A DNA stretch of 62,336 nucleotides, filler included, from Basidiobolus ranarum (Eukaryota): NCBI GenBank assembly GCA_040143965.1. It is 10 parts of 10 records of this genome, joined end to end, with 100 filler letters (N's around TTAATTAATTAA, not from the genome) between each part and the next. Parts side by side here need not be neighbours in the genome. Positions count along the whole stretch, not along the records: positions 18,765 to 24,912 come from JASJQH010008272.1; positions 25,013 to 31,157 come from JASJQH010008273.1; positions 31,258 to 37,399 come from JASJQH010008274.1; 7 more parts are not named here. One strand, 5' to 3'. The notes under the pieces are model-generated. The model worked only from the letters and a program-made list of their open reading frames with translations. It was not told the DNA's origin and made no database searches. Positions 22,465 through 34,648 of this stretch are shown here, in pieces. The position numbers and the translations under genes are program-made. Positions within the stretch are counted from its first letter, which is position 1. Every line of letters begins with the position of its first letter.

Positions 22465-23791
22465 GATTTCCAGTTTTGGTTCATATTCTCGTAAGAAAGA
22501 GTAGAGTAGTTTTGTGTAGCAATTCGATATTTTTCTACAATAAAAAAAGGTTAGTTTAAAGAACTTGACAAGTTATGGTGTGATATCTTACCAACAAAAG
22601 GCCCTTACGCATCATAGCTGGTTACGAGTTGTGAAAATAGTAGTCATCACTAAATTAACTACCTTAATTGAAAGTAGTATTAAACTTCTCTTCAAGTTCT
22701 GGTATTAAGTAAAATGTTTGCAAAACTAATCATGCAGTACATTTGTGAGTGAATAGCTGCGAAAAGCTTATTGAAAAATCTAAAAAATCATACATCTGGT
22801 TTAGCACATTTTCTATGCTGAAAGGGAGCATTTGATATGGAAGCAGTAATTATATAGCAAGCAAAGTACGCTAATAGTTTATCACGTATACCAGATAGGA
22901 GCATCATATCAGGATCAGCTTGTAAGGATTGGCAACTCGGTGCCTACAGTTCATGCTAGGGTTGAATGAGTCTTAGGTTCAATTCCTCACATAACCAACA
23001 ACTCTTCATATTTACTTTGAATAAACTGCCAGTTTTTTGGATATTAGAGTTCAAGCCAAATTATCTATTATCAATAGTCCACATTTTGGAACTTTACTAA
23101 CACTCTACATACCTTACTATGTTTATTTGCAACACAAAAAATAACATACGTATCATCTATATTATGACAAGAACATATATTCTTATTGTTATTTATCAGT
23201 ATATTACTAGCAATATATTGCATTGTAGATAAGATACATGTCCATACCAATAAATATCTGGAGTACTATTACTATATGCAGTGGCAAAAAACACCCAGTT
23301 GCTGTTTGCACAGTTAGTTATGTGAGCAGAAAAAGCTGTTTGTAACATATATACTCCGCAGCTAGCTTTATGTTTTACAATTCTGCGACAAAAATCTCTA
23401 AAATCTCATAATACAGAGTATGCAACTTCTCCTTGCTAAAGCAGGGTCACTGGAAACAGTACTTAAGCCACACTATCATAACTCTCTGATACTTGCTTTC
23501 ACTGTTAGTTTATTTTATCAGTATGGTGAGATAGACAAGGATTGAATCCATATAACAGTACATATATGCTCAAAAAAACTGGAAAGCTATTGTACGGTTT
23601 CATTAAGTAGGCCATTACTCTGTATAGATAGTCCCTTAATTATTGTTTAATGCTCAAGACTGATTAAACACTATCAGGAGTTGTACTTCAGATGCGGTCT
23701 CGTGTATATCTCATCAACTAGAGCTAACTATAAGGACACAACAGTATTGATTGACAGAATCGTGAACAACGGCTCATATGATCGTAAGTAC

Positions 23792-23818
23792 ACTACTACT
23801 ACTACTACTACTACTACT
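23792..23818 (+). repeat. (ACT)9 microsatellite
   Basis: Nine perfect ACT units. Confidence 0.95.
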
Positions 23819-24912
23819 GGGATCAGGTTGGATTTGACCAACTTACCTCAGATTAAGTTGGTAAATAATCTTAGGTTTAAATTTTCGAGTAAATATTTAG
23901 TATTCACCATCGAATTCATTCAAATTAGATAACATTAAAAATTTTATCAATCAAGGTAATATATATGATAAGCAAGTACGACAATGGCGACAATCGTAAC
24001 TCACGTAATATACAGTTGAAAGGTAAATTGCACATCAAGATAATACTCAGAATTTGGAAATAGAAATAGCAAATCATAACATATCTATATTCTCTATCAT
24101 ATACTAGGTTATATAGCATATCTGTACATCATATACTACGTGGCAATCAACCCCAAAAAGAAATAGATAAGAAACGATAGGATTAAAAACGTGTACGTGT
24201 GTGTGTGTGTTAGGGTTAAAAGCGTGTACGTGGTAAAGATTCAGAAATTCCCAAAAGAGTGTATCATCCTTCAACATGACTATAGTTACGAGGAAGCAAC
24301 AATAAACCAAATGCGTGAGTAGCAACACTTGAGTAGCAACAACACCAATTCGATTGAGTTTCTTAACAAAAGGGGATCATATACTTCTACTCCTGTCTCT
24401 GAACCGCTTTACTTCTACTCCTATCTCTGAAACTCTTTCCTTGCTAATAGAATTCCATTTTTAGTTAGTTTACCCCCTCAATGGCAATAAGAGCAGCTGA
24501 TACGTGGAAAATATCTATCACTTGGCCTGAATAACCGATGATTATTGGATGTCTCTGCTCCGATTAGTTCTGGAATTGGATTGTATGTTTATAACATTTG
24601 ATGAGGGAATTTAGGCCATTGACACGTTGGAATTAGGAAAACTTGAGATGAATAAAATTAGGTTATTCAGCATTTCTATTAAACTGGGCTGTAGATGTTG
24701 TATGAAAATTATTAATCTCTATCGGATTTTATTAGCAAAATTTCGTTTTTATGTATCGGGATGCACATTCCACAATATACGACTAGCGTATCAGGATGTG
24801 GGTTTTAGTTTGGGTCGTTAAACGCAACCGCTTCCAAATACAATATCCCAGTATTTGAGATGAGCTGCCACACTCATAGTGTACTGTCCAGCATTACAAT
24901 TGGGATCTTCAA

Positions 24913-25012
24913 NNNNNNNNNNNNNNNNNNNNNNNNNNNNNNNNNNNNNNNNNNNNTTAATTAATTAANNNNNNNNNNNNNNNNNNNNNNNNNNNNNNNN
25001 NNNNNNNNNNNN
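24913..25012. other. Artificial contig linker
   Basis: N run with central TTAATTAATTAA. Confidence 0.99.
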
Positions 25013-28000
25013 ATGGTGAAATTAAGCTTTTCTGCCAGTATATCAGACTCTGGAAATGCAGATCTTTGCAAAAGTGTGAAGAATTTGGTAAGTGGGACAG
25101 TTGAGCCTTGATTGGCTCCAATCAAGGTGATTTTAGGCCAGATTCCACACAGTTTCCAAAATGTCAAACTACTCACCATCAGAGCAAGTAACAGCAGCTC
25201 AGACATTCAGGGTCTTTTGGCTTGCTGGTTTTTGTTTGAGATTTCTATTTTCATGTGCCCAAGCAGTTTTGGGTGATTGTGTAGGCTAAATGGTCCAACA
25301 CACATTCCACTCTGCCAGATTGTCATGGCTACTTTGATATACATGGTGTGGGATTGATTGATCTCCCCTATGAGAATAGAGAGGGGGTAGAGCATGTTTC
25401 TCTAGCTTAGGTACAGCATTCTGAAGGTCTTGTATCATTGTTGAGTAACTTTGTGACTATTGACTAGTTGCTTCAGAATGCTGCTTTAATTCCATTACTG
25501 TGGCTTTAATGCTTTTCATGGCCTGCATTGTACATTTGTAGTTTTTACTTAGGATTGAATGCAAATCATTAAAGTGCTCTGCCTGCACACCCCTTGTTGT
25601 ACAACTATTGATTTAGTGTGTAATGGGGGGATTCTAATCTCTTCACTGGCACTATTGCTAGAAAGAAGCACATCCAGTAAATTCATCAATGCTCCATCAA
25701 TACTTGAGCTAGTTTCCAACATGTTGATGCCTACAAAAGTGGATAGTGCATTGCTAGACTGCACATCAATGAAGTCCTCTGTCCTTGCTGGTTTCTTTTC
25801 CTTTCTTGCCAGAAGGCTTTTGCTGGGAAGCCAACTTTGATTTTGACTTTGAATGCTTTTTGAATGGCATTGAACTTTCAGATTGCAAACTTGGTGTAGT
25901 GAAATTGCTTGAAAACAGCCTATAATAAACCTAAATGGCCATCCATTACCAGAATTATCTTGTAAATCCCTGATGACTCATCTGTGACAACATCTCCAAA
26001 GCAGAAGATGATATTGATGGGCTATACCTGAAATACCATCCTTACCTAGGTGGTGCTCTTTTTTCTACAATAATCTTCTCATGCTGCAAGAAAAATGTTT
26101 AAAGAAGCCTTGCTATACATACCACAAATATTTGTGCTATGAAAGCCAGAGGCCTCATAGAAAAAATAATCACAAGCATGGTCACTGGACTTGTTCTCTG
26201 TGATAGTGCCAGATTGTGCTGTATATATCATATTGGATGAAGTATTCTAAAATTCATGCTGCACAATTTGGCACTATCCAGCACCCTCTGGCATGAACAA
26301 TTTCAAACACACATACTGTAATATGTTGCTCCAAGGTCTGACAAATCCTGGCACAATGGAACAAGTCCCCTATACAAAGTCAGGTGAATATCAACAGTAA
26401 CAAGTGCACAAAATCAACTTCAGTTTTTCCCACTGAGTCCACTGGCTGTGCCTTGACTCAAAGTTTTGGTAACACTGCCAAAGGTCAAGTTATCATGGAG
26501 TTACCACAGTTATATTAGCAGAATGATGTAGGTAGAAATGCAACTTTGGTTGCACCAGTAAGTCCAGACTACCTTGAGGACATGCTGCTAGCTGTTGACT
26601 TTGGTTATTCCAGTGCTGATGGTAGTATATCAGAAGATGAAGAAGAAGACAATGGTTTTCCTACAGACTCTTTGTTATTGGCAACCATTAGGCTACTCAT
26701 AACACTTACAATAAAGTAAACAGCTTTGATTAGTGAGGAGTGTAGAGTTCAAACAGACCTGGTACAAGTGGAAAACACTTGTTAATTGTATGACTTATAG
26801 TCCTTCAGTAATTAACCTACCTTCATGTCCAAATGGTTGTTTGGCTTTCACTGTTGATCTGAAAAACATGAAGTCATGTACTGTTTGCAAAAAATTGGCA
26901 ATCACTGATTCAGGTAAATATTGTTCATATTTGGCTTACACAATGATGATTCCCCATCTTAAAGTTTTGATGAAAACACACAATTATAGATCATTGATAC
27001 AATACCAAAGTAATCACCATAAAGCTGATGGTATTGCCACTATACTTGTTGGATATCACTACCAGACTCTGAAGAGTCAAGGTTTCTTTGAACATACATA
27101 TGATCATGCATTTGCATTGGCTCTGGATGGTTTCTCACTAAACAAATATTCCATTGGAAGGACTTGCTGGCCATTAATTTTGATTAACTTTAATCTTCTC
27201 CTTCCAAATGGTATAAGAGTCAGAATATTTGCATACTATCCATCATATCTGGACCTAAATCACTATTGCTTATAGATAACTTCTTGCAGCCTTGGATTGA
27301 GGAACTTAAATGGTTATCTCAGGGGGTTCAGATGGGTGAATATTTTATTAGAGCTAATATCATTATATGTATAGGTGAGACTCTTGCCAGCAGCATACTT
27401 GGAGATTTTTGCAGGCACAATGCACTATCTTGCTGTAGATTTTGTCAAATCAATAGAGTCTACTCTATCAGACATCCATATTACTATGATCCATATACAA
27501 AACTAAGCTTGATGATTTTACTGTCAAGAGCCTGGTCAGATTTCAACAAGATCACTGATATCTATTCACCAAATAGTCAGTGTAACATCAAACTTGGTAT
27601 TAGCAGTATGCCTAATACTATATTGCTAAAGGGTGTCAGCTGGAGCCTGAACTTCCCATTAGGCACTTTGCACTTGCAATTCAACAACATTCCAATACAG
27701 CTATAGAGTAGAAAATTCAATATGAAAGGGCCATTTGAGATGGAATCAAAGTTTGAATTGATTGGGAAAATGCTTGAAACATCATGATACCATCTTATTC
27801 TACCTGGATTTGTGTCTATATCCACTTGTCTAGGCATTTATTTAAGTGCAAAGACTGGAAGTATTGCATTTGTATATATTCAAGTGGAATCTTTAACAGA
27901 TTTCTGCCTGATCAGTATTGGCAACATTGGGAGTTGTTTGTGGATATTGTTAATATATTCTTACAGCATCAACTCCCCTTGGCTGATCTCAGGCAGATAC

Positions 28001-29139
28001 AGGAACTGTTCAATGATTTTGTAATTGGATATGAAAAACTTTATCACAGTTTAAAAGAAGATAGACCAATTCTATGCTGGTATTCAATACACTCCCTGCT
28101 GCATTTTTAACAATGCTTAGAGATTATAGGCCCTTGCTATACGTTCTGGGAGTTTCCAATGGAGCTCACTTGTGGTTAAATGATGCTCTGCATGAAGTTG
28201 TCAGTATTATCATATGCTAATCTGTTTAATAATGTAGCAGCAAAATCAATGATGGATGTAATGTAATGGGTTATGGAGACTATAGAGTATATCAACCTTC
28301 CAACAAAGGGCTCTTTTCAATGTGCTAATAGGGTTTAGCATTGTTTAATCACAGTAACCACAACTAAACCCAATCCATGGATACAGAGTAAGTATCTTTA
28401 AAATTTGGACCAATTTGCTTGTGTGATAGTCTAACAAAAAAACAGAAGCTGCAAGACAGACTTTCTGGTGAGATATATCAACATATGCAGTTTTATTGTC
28501 TTAGCCATGAGGTAATCTATTCAAACAATAACACATCTACTTGTGGCAGGACATTTGTTGACTGCAAGTCAGGGATATTTTGGCTGAATTCTTGACAGAA
28601 ATTTGCCTAAATCCAAAAACTTATTCTCATTGTAGATGGTAACAAGAGTCAGCTATTTGCCAAGTGTCAGTGCTATTCAAAATTTCAGATGTTTAGCAAT
28701 TTCCACCATCAGTTTGCTGGTAAAGCATATTGATGTTGTTGAGTTATGTTGATCAGTCAAATATAGACATATGTAGAGACTAAACACAACAAGATTCTTG
28801 TATTTTTTGGCTCCTATTATGGCTGGAATACAAAGCATAAAATGTCTAAATAAAGGTATTCTTATTAATTTGAATTCCTACAGCAGTAAACCCAGTAATA
28901 TGCCATTCAAAAATTAGATTTTTGCAAAAATTGCTAAAAATTAATTAATACATGCCCAATATGTGGTTCAGTACTTTAACATTTATGAATACCATCAAAA
29001 CACCATCAAGAAACCACTATCACACCATCTAAATCCCTGGTAGAATGAAAGCCACCAATATTGTGACTTCACTCTGATGGTATTGCAATCCAGCAGGGAG
29101 GATCCAATCCAGATCAAACCAATTTTATTTTTGTAAGGG
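25013..29139 (+). mobile_element. Decayed CACTA/EnSpm-like DNA transposon: transposase remnants at about 26700-28850 and right terminus
   Basis: CPNGCLAF...CTVC; ALALDGF...CWPLILINFNL; IDNFLQPWIEELKWL; CRFC; YWQHWELFV...FVIGYEKLY...IHSLLH; GPCYTFWEFPME. Terminus ...ATTTTATTTTTGTAAGGG at 29139. Left extent is uncertain. Confidence 0.75.
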
Positions 29140-29239
29140 ATTTTGGAAGTTGATGGTCATGATGGTATGTTGGTTGAATATTGCTCAACTATCGATTTAC
29201 TATATAATTGAAGGATTATGATCTCTTGTATCAATATAT

Positions 29240-30979
29240 TGCAGTTATGTCAAATATCAGTGTATCAGCAATCATGTCTTTTGTGAAACAATAAGTCAAG
29301 TCAATAAATTTATTCTCTATAGTCTCTCTAATAAAGTCATGCTTAATATCTAAGTCTTTGCTTCTATAATTAAATGTCTAATTTTTAGCTAATTTGATAC
29401 AACTTTAATTATCTTGAAATATTGTGGTTGGCCAATTTACAGAATAACCCAAATCTGTTAAGAGTTTTCGTAACCATATTGCTTCTTTTGTTGCCTCACA
29501 GGCAGCCATGTATTCATCTTCTATTGTTGAAAGTTCTATGGTAGGTTGTTTCTTTGAATTCCAAGAAATAGCTCCATACAGCAAAGAAATAAGTAACCTG
29601 TTGTAGAGTTCTGGTCTGCAATATCTCCTCCCCAATATGCATCTGAATATCCCATCAGATCAAAGTTTGTTTCACAACATGTGTATTTTAAGCACAGATT
29701 CACAGTATCTGTCAAATATCTGGAAATCTGCTTAACTGCTATGATTTAATGAAATTAATAATTTTGAAGATATTGGCACATAACTAGCACTAAATATGCA
29801 GTATCTGGCCATATTACAACCAAGATATCCATCAAACTGCCAACCATGGATTGATAAGGAAACATCTGGCTTTCATTTGAACCCAAAAATGTCTTATCTG
29901 ACCCATTTTCAATGAAGTCACACTTTGTCTCCATTGGCATAGATACTGGATTGCATTCTTCCATTTTAAACTTCTTGAGTATATCTAGGATAAACTTATA
30001 CTGGTTCAAAGCTATTGTTTTGGTAGGTCTATCTGCCTTAATTTGATTTCCAAGATAGCATATCAGTGCACCAAAATCAGTCATTTTGAATTTGCAGATG
30101 AGCAGATTTTGGTTTTCTCCAATGTCTTCAAGTCATTAGTTGCTATAATAAGATCATCTACAGATAATGCTAATAAATCTGGGTTTGTCTTATCTGGCCT
30201 GAAGTAGATACCATAGCCAGTATTACTCTCTTGGAATTTGATTGTTTCCAAAAAAGTATTTATCTTGCTATTCCAACTTCTTGGAGAATATTTTTAGCAA
30301 TAGAGTGTTTTGCAGAGTTTGGAAGCTTTTTTTAGGGTTTCCTGGGACCACAAATTTGTCTGGCTGGCCTATAAAGATCTCTACTACAAGCTCACCATTC
30401 AAAAAAAAAGTCTTAACATCCATATGATGTATAATAAACTGATATTTAGCTGATTTTGATAAAGCAATCTAATTGAATTAAGCTTTATTACAGGAGCAAA
30501 TGTTTCTGTACAACCTATTCCTGGTACTTGGGAATGGCCTCTGGCCACTACTATAGCCTTGCACTTTTCTATATTGCCATCAGAGTTGTATTTAGCTTCA
30601 AACTCCAATTGGCAGCTAACTGATTGTCCATCATCAGATAAGTTGGTTAAAATACAAGTTTGATTATCAAACAAAGCATTGTACTGATTGGCCATTACAG
30701 ATTTCCAAAATTTTGTGTGAGGCCCATTCAAGGCTTCTTTTAGAGTCTGGGGTTTATGTAGTTGGGCTGCACAGGCATAGGCCTGATATTAGGACTCATT
30801 AATATAGTAGTCAGGGCAATTTCTGATCCAAGTTGAACTCCTGGTTTGGGACAAAGATACTACTTCTTCTGGCATTGTATTGGGCACTTCATGAGGAAAA
30901 ATTTTGGTTGAAGGGTCCACAAGAACACTATTTTCTTGATTATTTTGGTCTGAATCAATGTAAATGATTGGATCAGGAG
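29240..30979 (-). mobile_element. Ty1/Copia RT-RNase H remnant
   Basis: KYNSDGNIEKCKAIVVARGHSQVPGI..ETFAPV; MTDFGA..YLG; PYQSMVGSLM; ISWNSKKQPTIELST..EYMAACEATKEAIWLR. Confidence 0.9.
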
Positions 30980-31157
30980 CCTTGCAAAAATAAAATCACA
31001 TTGATATGGATCAGATCCACCATTCTGGACTGCAAAATCATCAGAGAACTGTTGCAGTAATGGTAGCTTGCATTCTGCCAGGATATTAGATGGTGAGACT
31101 GTGGCTTCTTGATGGTATTTTGATGGTATTCATAAATGTTAAAATATTGATCCTCAC
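30980..31157. mobile_element. Second terminus of the same CACTA-like family, inverted relative to 28960-29139
   Basis: CCTTGCAAAAATAAAAT...GATGGTATTCATAAATGTTAAAATATTGA is a diverged reverse complement of 28960-29139. Confidence 0.8.
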
Positions 31158-31257
31158 NNNNNNNNNNNNNNNNNNNNNNNNNNNNNNNNNNNNNNNNNNN
31201 NTTAATTAATTAANNNNNNNNNNNNNNNNNNNNNNNNNNNNNNNNNNNNNNNNNNNN
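31158..31257. other. Artificial contig linker
   Basis: N run with central TTAATTAATTAA. Confidence 0.99.
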
Positions 31258-31780
31258 ACGATTGGAAGCTCAGAACCAACGAGTAGCTTTTGTCGGGCTA
31301 GTAAACATTCCGCCTCACATCAAGCCAAGAATGCTTGAACTAAATTGGACTGAAGGATTCTTGAATTTGTTCTACTCCCTAGACCTTATCACTAAAGAAG
31401 AGGCCAATCTTCACACCTTGACTCGCGCAGAACAGATCAATTATGTCTGTTCAAAAGCCTCCCCTGAGAGAATTAAGGAGTTGGAGATTGATCAGGTTCA
31501 ACTAGAAAAATGGTTTGACATCGCGGAGTCTTTGCTCAAATGTGGTCTTCATTATGAACCTAGTGGCAATATAGAGCAAGTATCAGTATTTTACGCCATA
31601 CCTCTAGCTGAAAAGAAGGAAGATTGGCTAAATGGAATGTTAAAAGGGTGGGATGGGTTCTCTAGAAAGGAAAACAATTATATTGATGTACTTGGAGCCC
31701 ATTACACGCTCATGAACCATCACCATGTTCCCTCGTTCCAGAAGTACCTCAAAGCGGAACTAAGCCGATCAGGAATTTGA
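31258..31780 (+). CDS. C-terminal thioesterase of an A-T-TE NRPS-like quinone/atromentin-synthetase-type enzyme (5' truncated)
   Basis: VNIPPHIKPRMLELNWTEG, WFDIAESLLKCGLHYEPSG, VFYAIPL...DWLN..LKGWDGFSR...YIDVLGAHYTLMNHHHVPSFQK resemble the C-termini of AtrA/InvA/RalA-type enzymes. Confidence 0.8.
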
Positions 31781-32044
31781 CCTTATTTTCTCCTTATGTA
31801 TATCGCACAAACCTTAGAATAAAGCATAAACCATCAAACTAAACATAGCTCAGGAGACTGCAAAGGCGGATATAATTTTTGTTTAAACTGAGGTAGAGAC
31901 TGGCAAAGAGTAGGTGGATCTCAGGGCATAGTATCAGCCGAACCTGTATTCGTATTTCTTGTGCATCGTTACTCTCATTATTGAATTTGACCCTATTATT
32001 TCCAAATAAAAGCTATATCTCTTGTTTGGAGAGTCATGTCAGGC

Positions 32045-32620
32045 GATGGTTGCAATCAAAACCCTGAGAATTGCTGACTTAAAGGCTAGTTACCTCAAGG
32101 CTAACCCAAAGAGGGAGTGATTTTTTTGTATTAGTTATATCTGATTTTTCTTCTTTTTCCGAAGCTCACTTAGTTATTAAGGCGAGTTGTAACATTAATA
32201 AATTTTATGGTCATTCTCACGCCCTCCACTACTGCTCAAACCATTTTGAGACAAATCACTATTACCGGTTTTATTTGGTCTCATAACACCTAAAGTCTAG
32301 AACCCAGATTGTGACGAGAAGTGCGTGTGGTGAGCTGGAAAATCTCTGTCCGAGGTAATCTCAGAATCGTTCCTGGGTTTGGTTAATAGGCAGACTTGAG
32401 TTAGCATGAATCATTCTTGAGTTAACTGGCTAGGTATCCTGCTCAATCCTAGCTATAATATAACTTGGTTAAGTCATCTATATTTTGCTCTCTGCCTGTT
32501 TCGAATGTCACTTAGTCGAATATCATTTAGCACAGTAGGATAGTGTTACCTATATATCTTTATAACAAGTTTAGCTTACTAATTTGGATTAATCTCCGAG
32601 CAAGGAATCATAGATCAACA
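32045..32620 (+). repeat. Diverged direct repeat, copy 1 (of 33473-34143)
   Basis: Shared collinear blocks gatggttgc.atcaaaaccctga, tgtattagttatatctga, tctagaacccagattgtgacg and ctaatttggattaatctccgagc. Confidence 0.85.
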
Positions 32621-33472
32621 CCACTGCTAAAAGTTCAGAAATCAAATCAAATTAGCAATGCAGGCAAGATTGCGCAGAACCTCATTGGTCATTATCTTCA
32701 CGACTTCTAGGCTGATGAATGGTTTCTTTTGCTATCTCCTGTTGAGTGTGTGACCCCTCTTCATGATGGTTTTTGAGAGTGAGAATTAGCAAGCAAGTTG
32801 ATTCACAATGTCACGAGGGATAATGCGAGGATTTGTTGAGTTATCGGGAAAGCATCATAAATAAGTAGAATAGGGCCAGGGTTGGTAAAAATATGAAGAA
32901 AATAATGAAATGCAACACTTATGCTGCTTGCTGCTAGAGTCTTCTCCTTTAACCTTTCTTAGTTGTCACTACAAATACTCTCAGAATCCTGTGGTATTTC
33001 GTACACTCTGGGCATAATATGTCTAATTCTTGTTCTCTATCAATTATATACTGAGTAAGTTCACTTTAAGGCGGGCAATTTTAGCCCATTAAAGTTGAAT
33101 GAACAACAAGAGTTTGGTAATTACAGGCCAAATGTGAAGTACAAACCAAATATGACCCGATTGTTTCCAAATCTTGGTTCTCTTCTTCCCACCAACCTCA
33201 GTTGAGAAAATCAGAAATTACACTAGTAATTGCAAGTTGTAATCTCAGCTTAGGGTTAGGGGCAGGCTATTCACTAAACTTGTTCAATTAGAATTAGATT
33301 TGGATGTAGAGTCGGATATAGATGAAATCAAATACAGGCCGTGTAAGCTCTGTGATATGAGCTTTTTGAATAAGTGTTGACAAGCATGTTGAAGGGAGAA
33401 GTTTGCACTATGTATTGTTGATATTGACGAGGATTGGACAAGTGGTGGCGGTTCAAGTGGTGTAGTTAAAGT

Positions 33473-34143
33473 GATGGTTGCGATCAAAACCCTGAAGATT
33501 GCCAACTGTAGGGTGCAAGCTAGTTACCTTAACGCTAACCCAAACAGGTTGTGCTCTTTTCTGTATTAGTTATATCTGACTTTTCTTCTTTTTCCATTGG
33601 TGTTATTAAGGCAAATTGGAATATCAATAAATTTCGTACCCATTCGAGCGCCCTCCACTCCTACTCAAACCATTTCCAAACAAGTGTACCATCGTTGTTA
33701 CCGGTTTTCATTTAGTCTCGCAACATCTGAGGTCTAGAACCCAGATTGTGACGCGACGTGCGTGTAGCAAACTAGAATATCTCTCTCTGAGGTTGTATTA
33801 GAAGGCTGGCCGAATCGTTCCTGAGTTGGGTTGATAGGTAGGCTGAATCATTCTTGAGTGAACCGGCTGGAAATGTACGATTACCATGTATCCTGCTTAA
33901 TCTTAGATGTAATACAAGGTATTATCTCGGTTAAACGATCTATATGCCACTCTCTATATGCCACTCTCTACCTGTTTCGAGTGTCGCTTAGGGCGGGTAG
34001 AATAGTATAATCTATGTCTCTTAGCACGGTGTTATTCGTGTGTGTAATTTTTATGCATCCGTTTTCGCCGTGAAAACAAGGTATATTCTCCTAATTTGGA
34101 TTAATCTCCGAGCTATCTCATGATAAAGAATCTTAGATCAACA
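33473..34143 (+). repeat. Diverged direct repeat, copy 2 (3' flank of the 34148-34648 gene)
   Basis: Collinear with 32045-32620, with indels. Confidence 0.85.
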
Positions 34144-34147
34144 TTGG

Positions 34148-34648
34148 TTAATATGCAGTAGCAAACAAAAATCTGACCGAAGCAACCCATTTGTGGCCAC
34201 CAAGTTGCAAGTTGCTATGCCCATTCTCAGCAAGCCTAATATCAACCACCTTGTCCCCATTCTGTTTTGTCTGGTACAACCCGTAACAATTGGTTCTTTC
34301 ATCTCTGGTACCACTGATAAATAGAGGCTCCCCTCTGCCATCAAAGTGTAGGATTTCCTGGTTGCCCTTGTCTTTTTTGACTTTCAACGGTGTCCAAACT
34401 CCGTCCATGGCAGCAAAAGGCTGAATCCATTTGTCGCTATATAGTGATACCATGATGGGGAATTTCCCACTGGAGTAATAAACCTCTTTCTGGTCATTGA
34501 CATTCCAGTATCTGACGTCACCGGAGTCACACTCTTCGATGTAGTAACGGCTACCGTGGAGTAAATCTTTACCTTTGCTGTCTACAAATCCTGCATTGAC
34601 AAGAGCGGCGACGGAAAGCAAAGTGCACAGGAGAGATTTGAGAAGCAT
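34148..34648 (-). CDS. Secreted protein of 166 aa, possibly beta-trefoil (Kunitz/STI-like)
   Basis: Signal peptide MLLKSLLCTLLSVAALVNA; mature start GFVDSKGKDLLHGSRYYI; intronless and beta-rich. Fold is inferred. Confidence 0.7.
   Translation of the reverse strand: MLLKSLLCTLLSVAALVNAGFVDSKGKDLLHGSRYYIEECDSGDVRYWNVNDQKEVYYSSGKFPIMVSLYSDKWIQPFAAMDGVWTPLKVKKDKGNQEILHFDGRGEPLFISGTRDERTNCYGLYQTKQNGDKVVDIRLAENGHSNLQLGGHKWVASVRFLFATAY

Noticed and set aside
22910-23000. tRNA gene around GGTTCAATTCC
   Set aside because: Only a B-box-like word; no convincing cloverleaf.
25013-25206. Homeodomain-like peptide (AFPESDILAEKLNFT)
   Set aside because: Too short, truncated by the linker and inside decayed transposon DNA.
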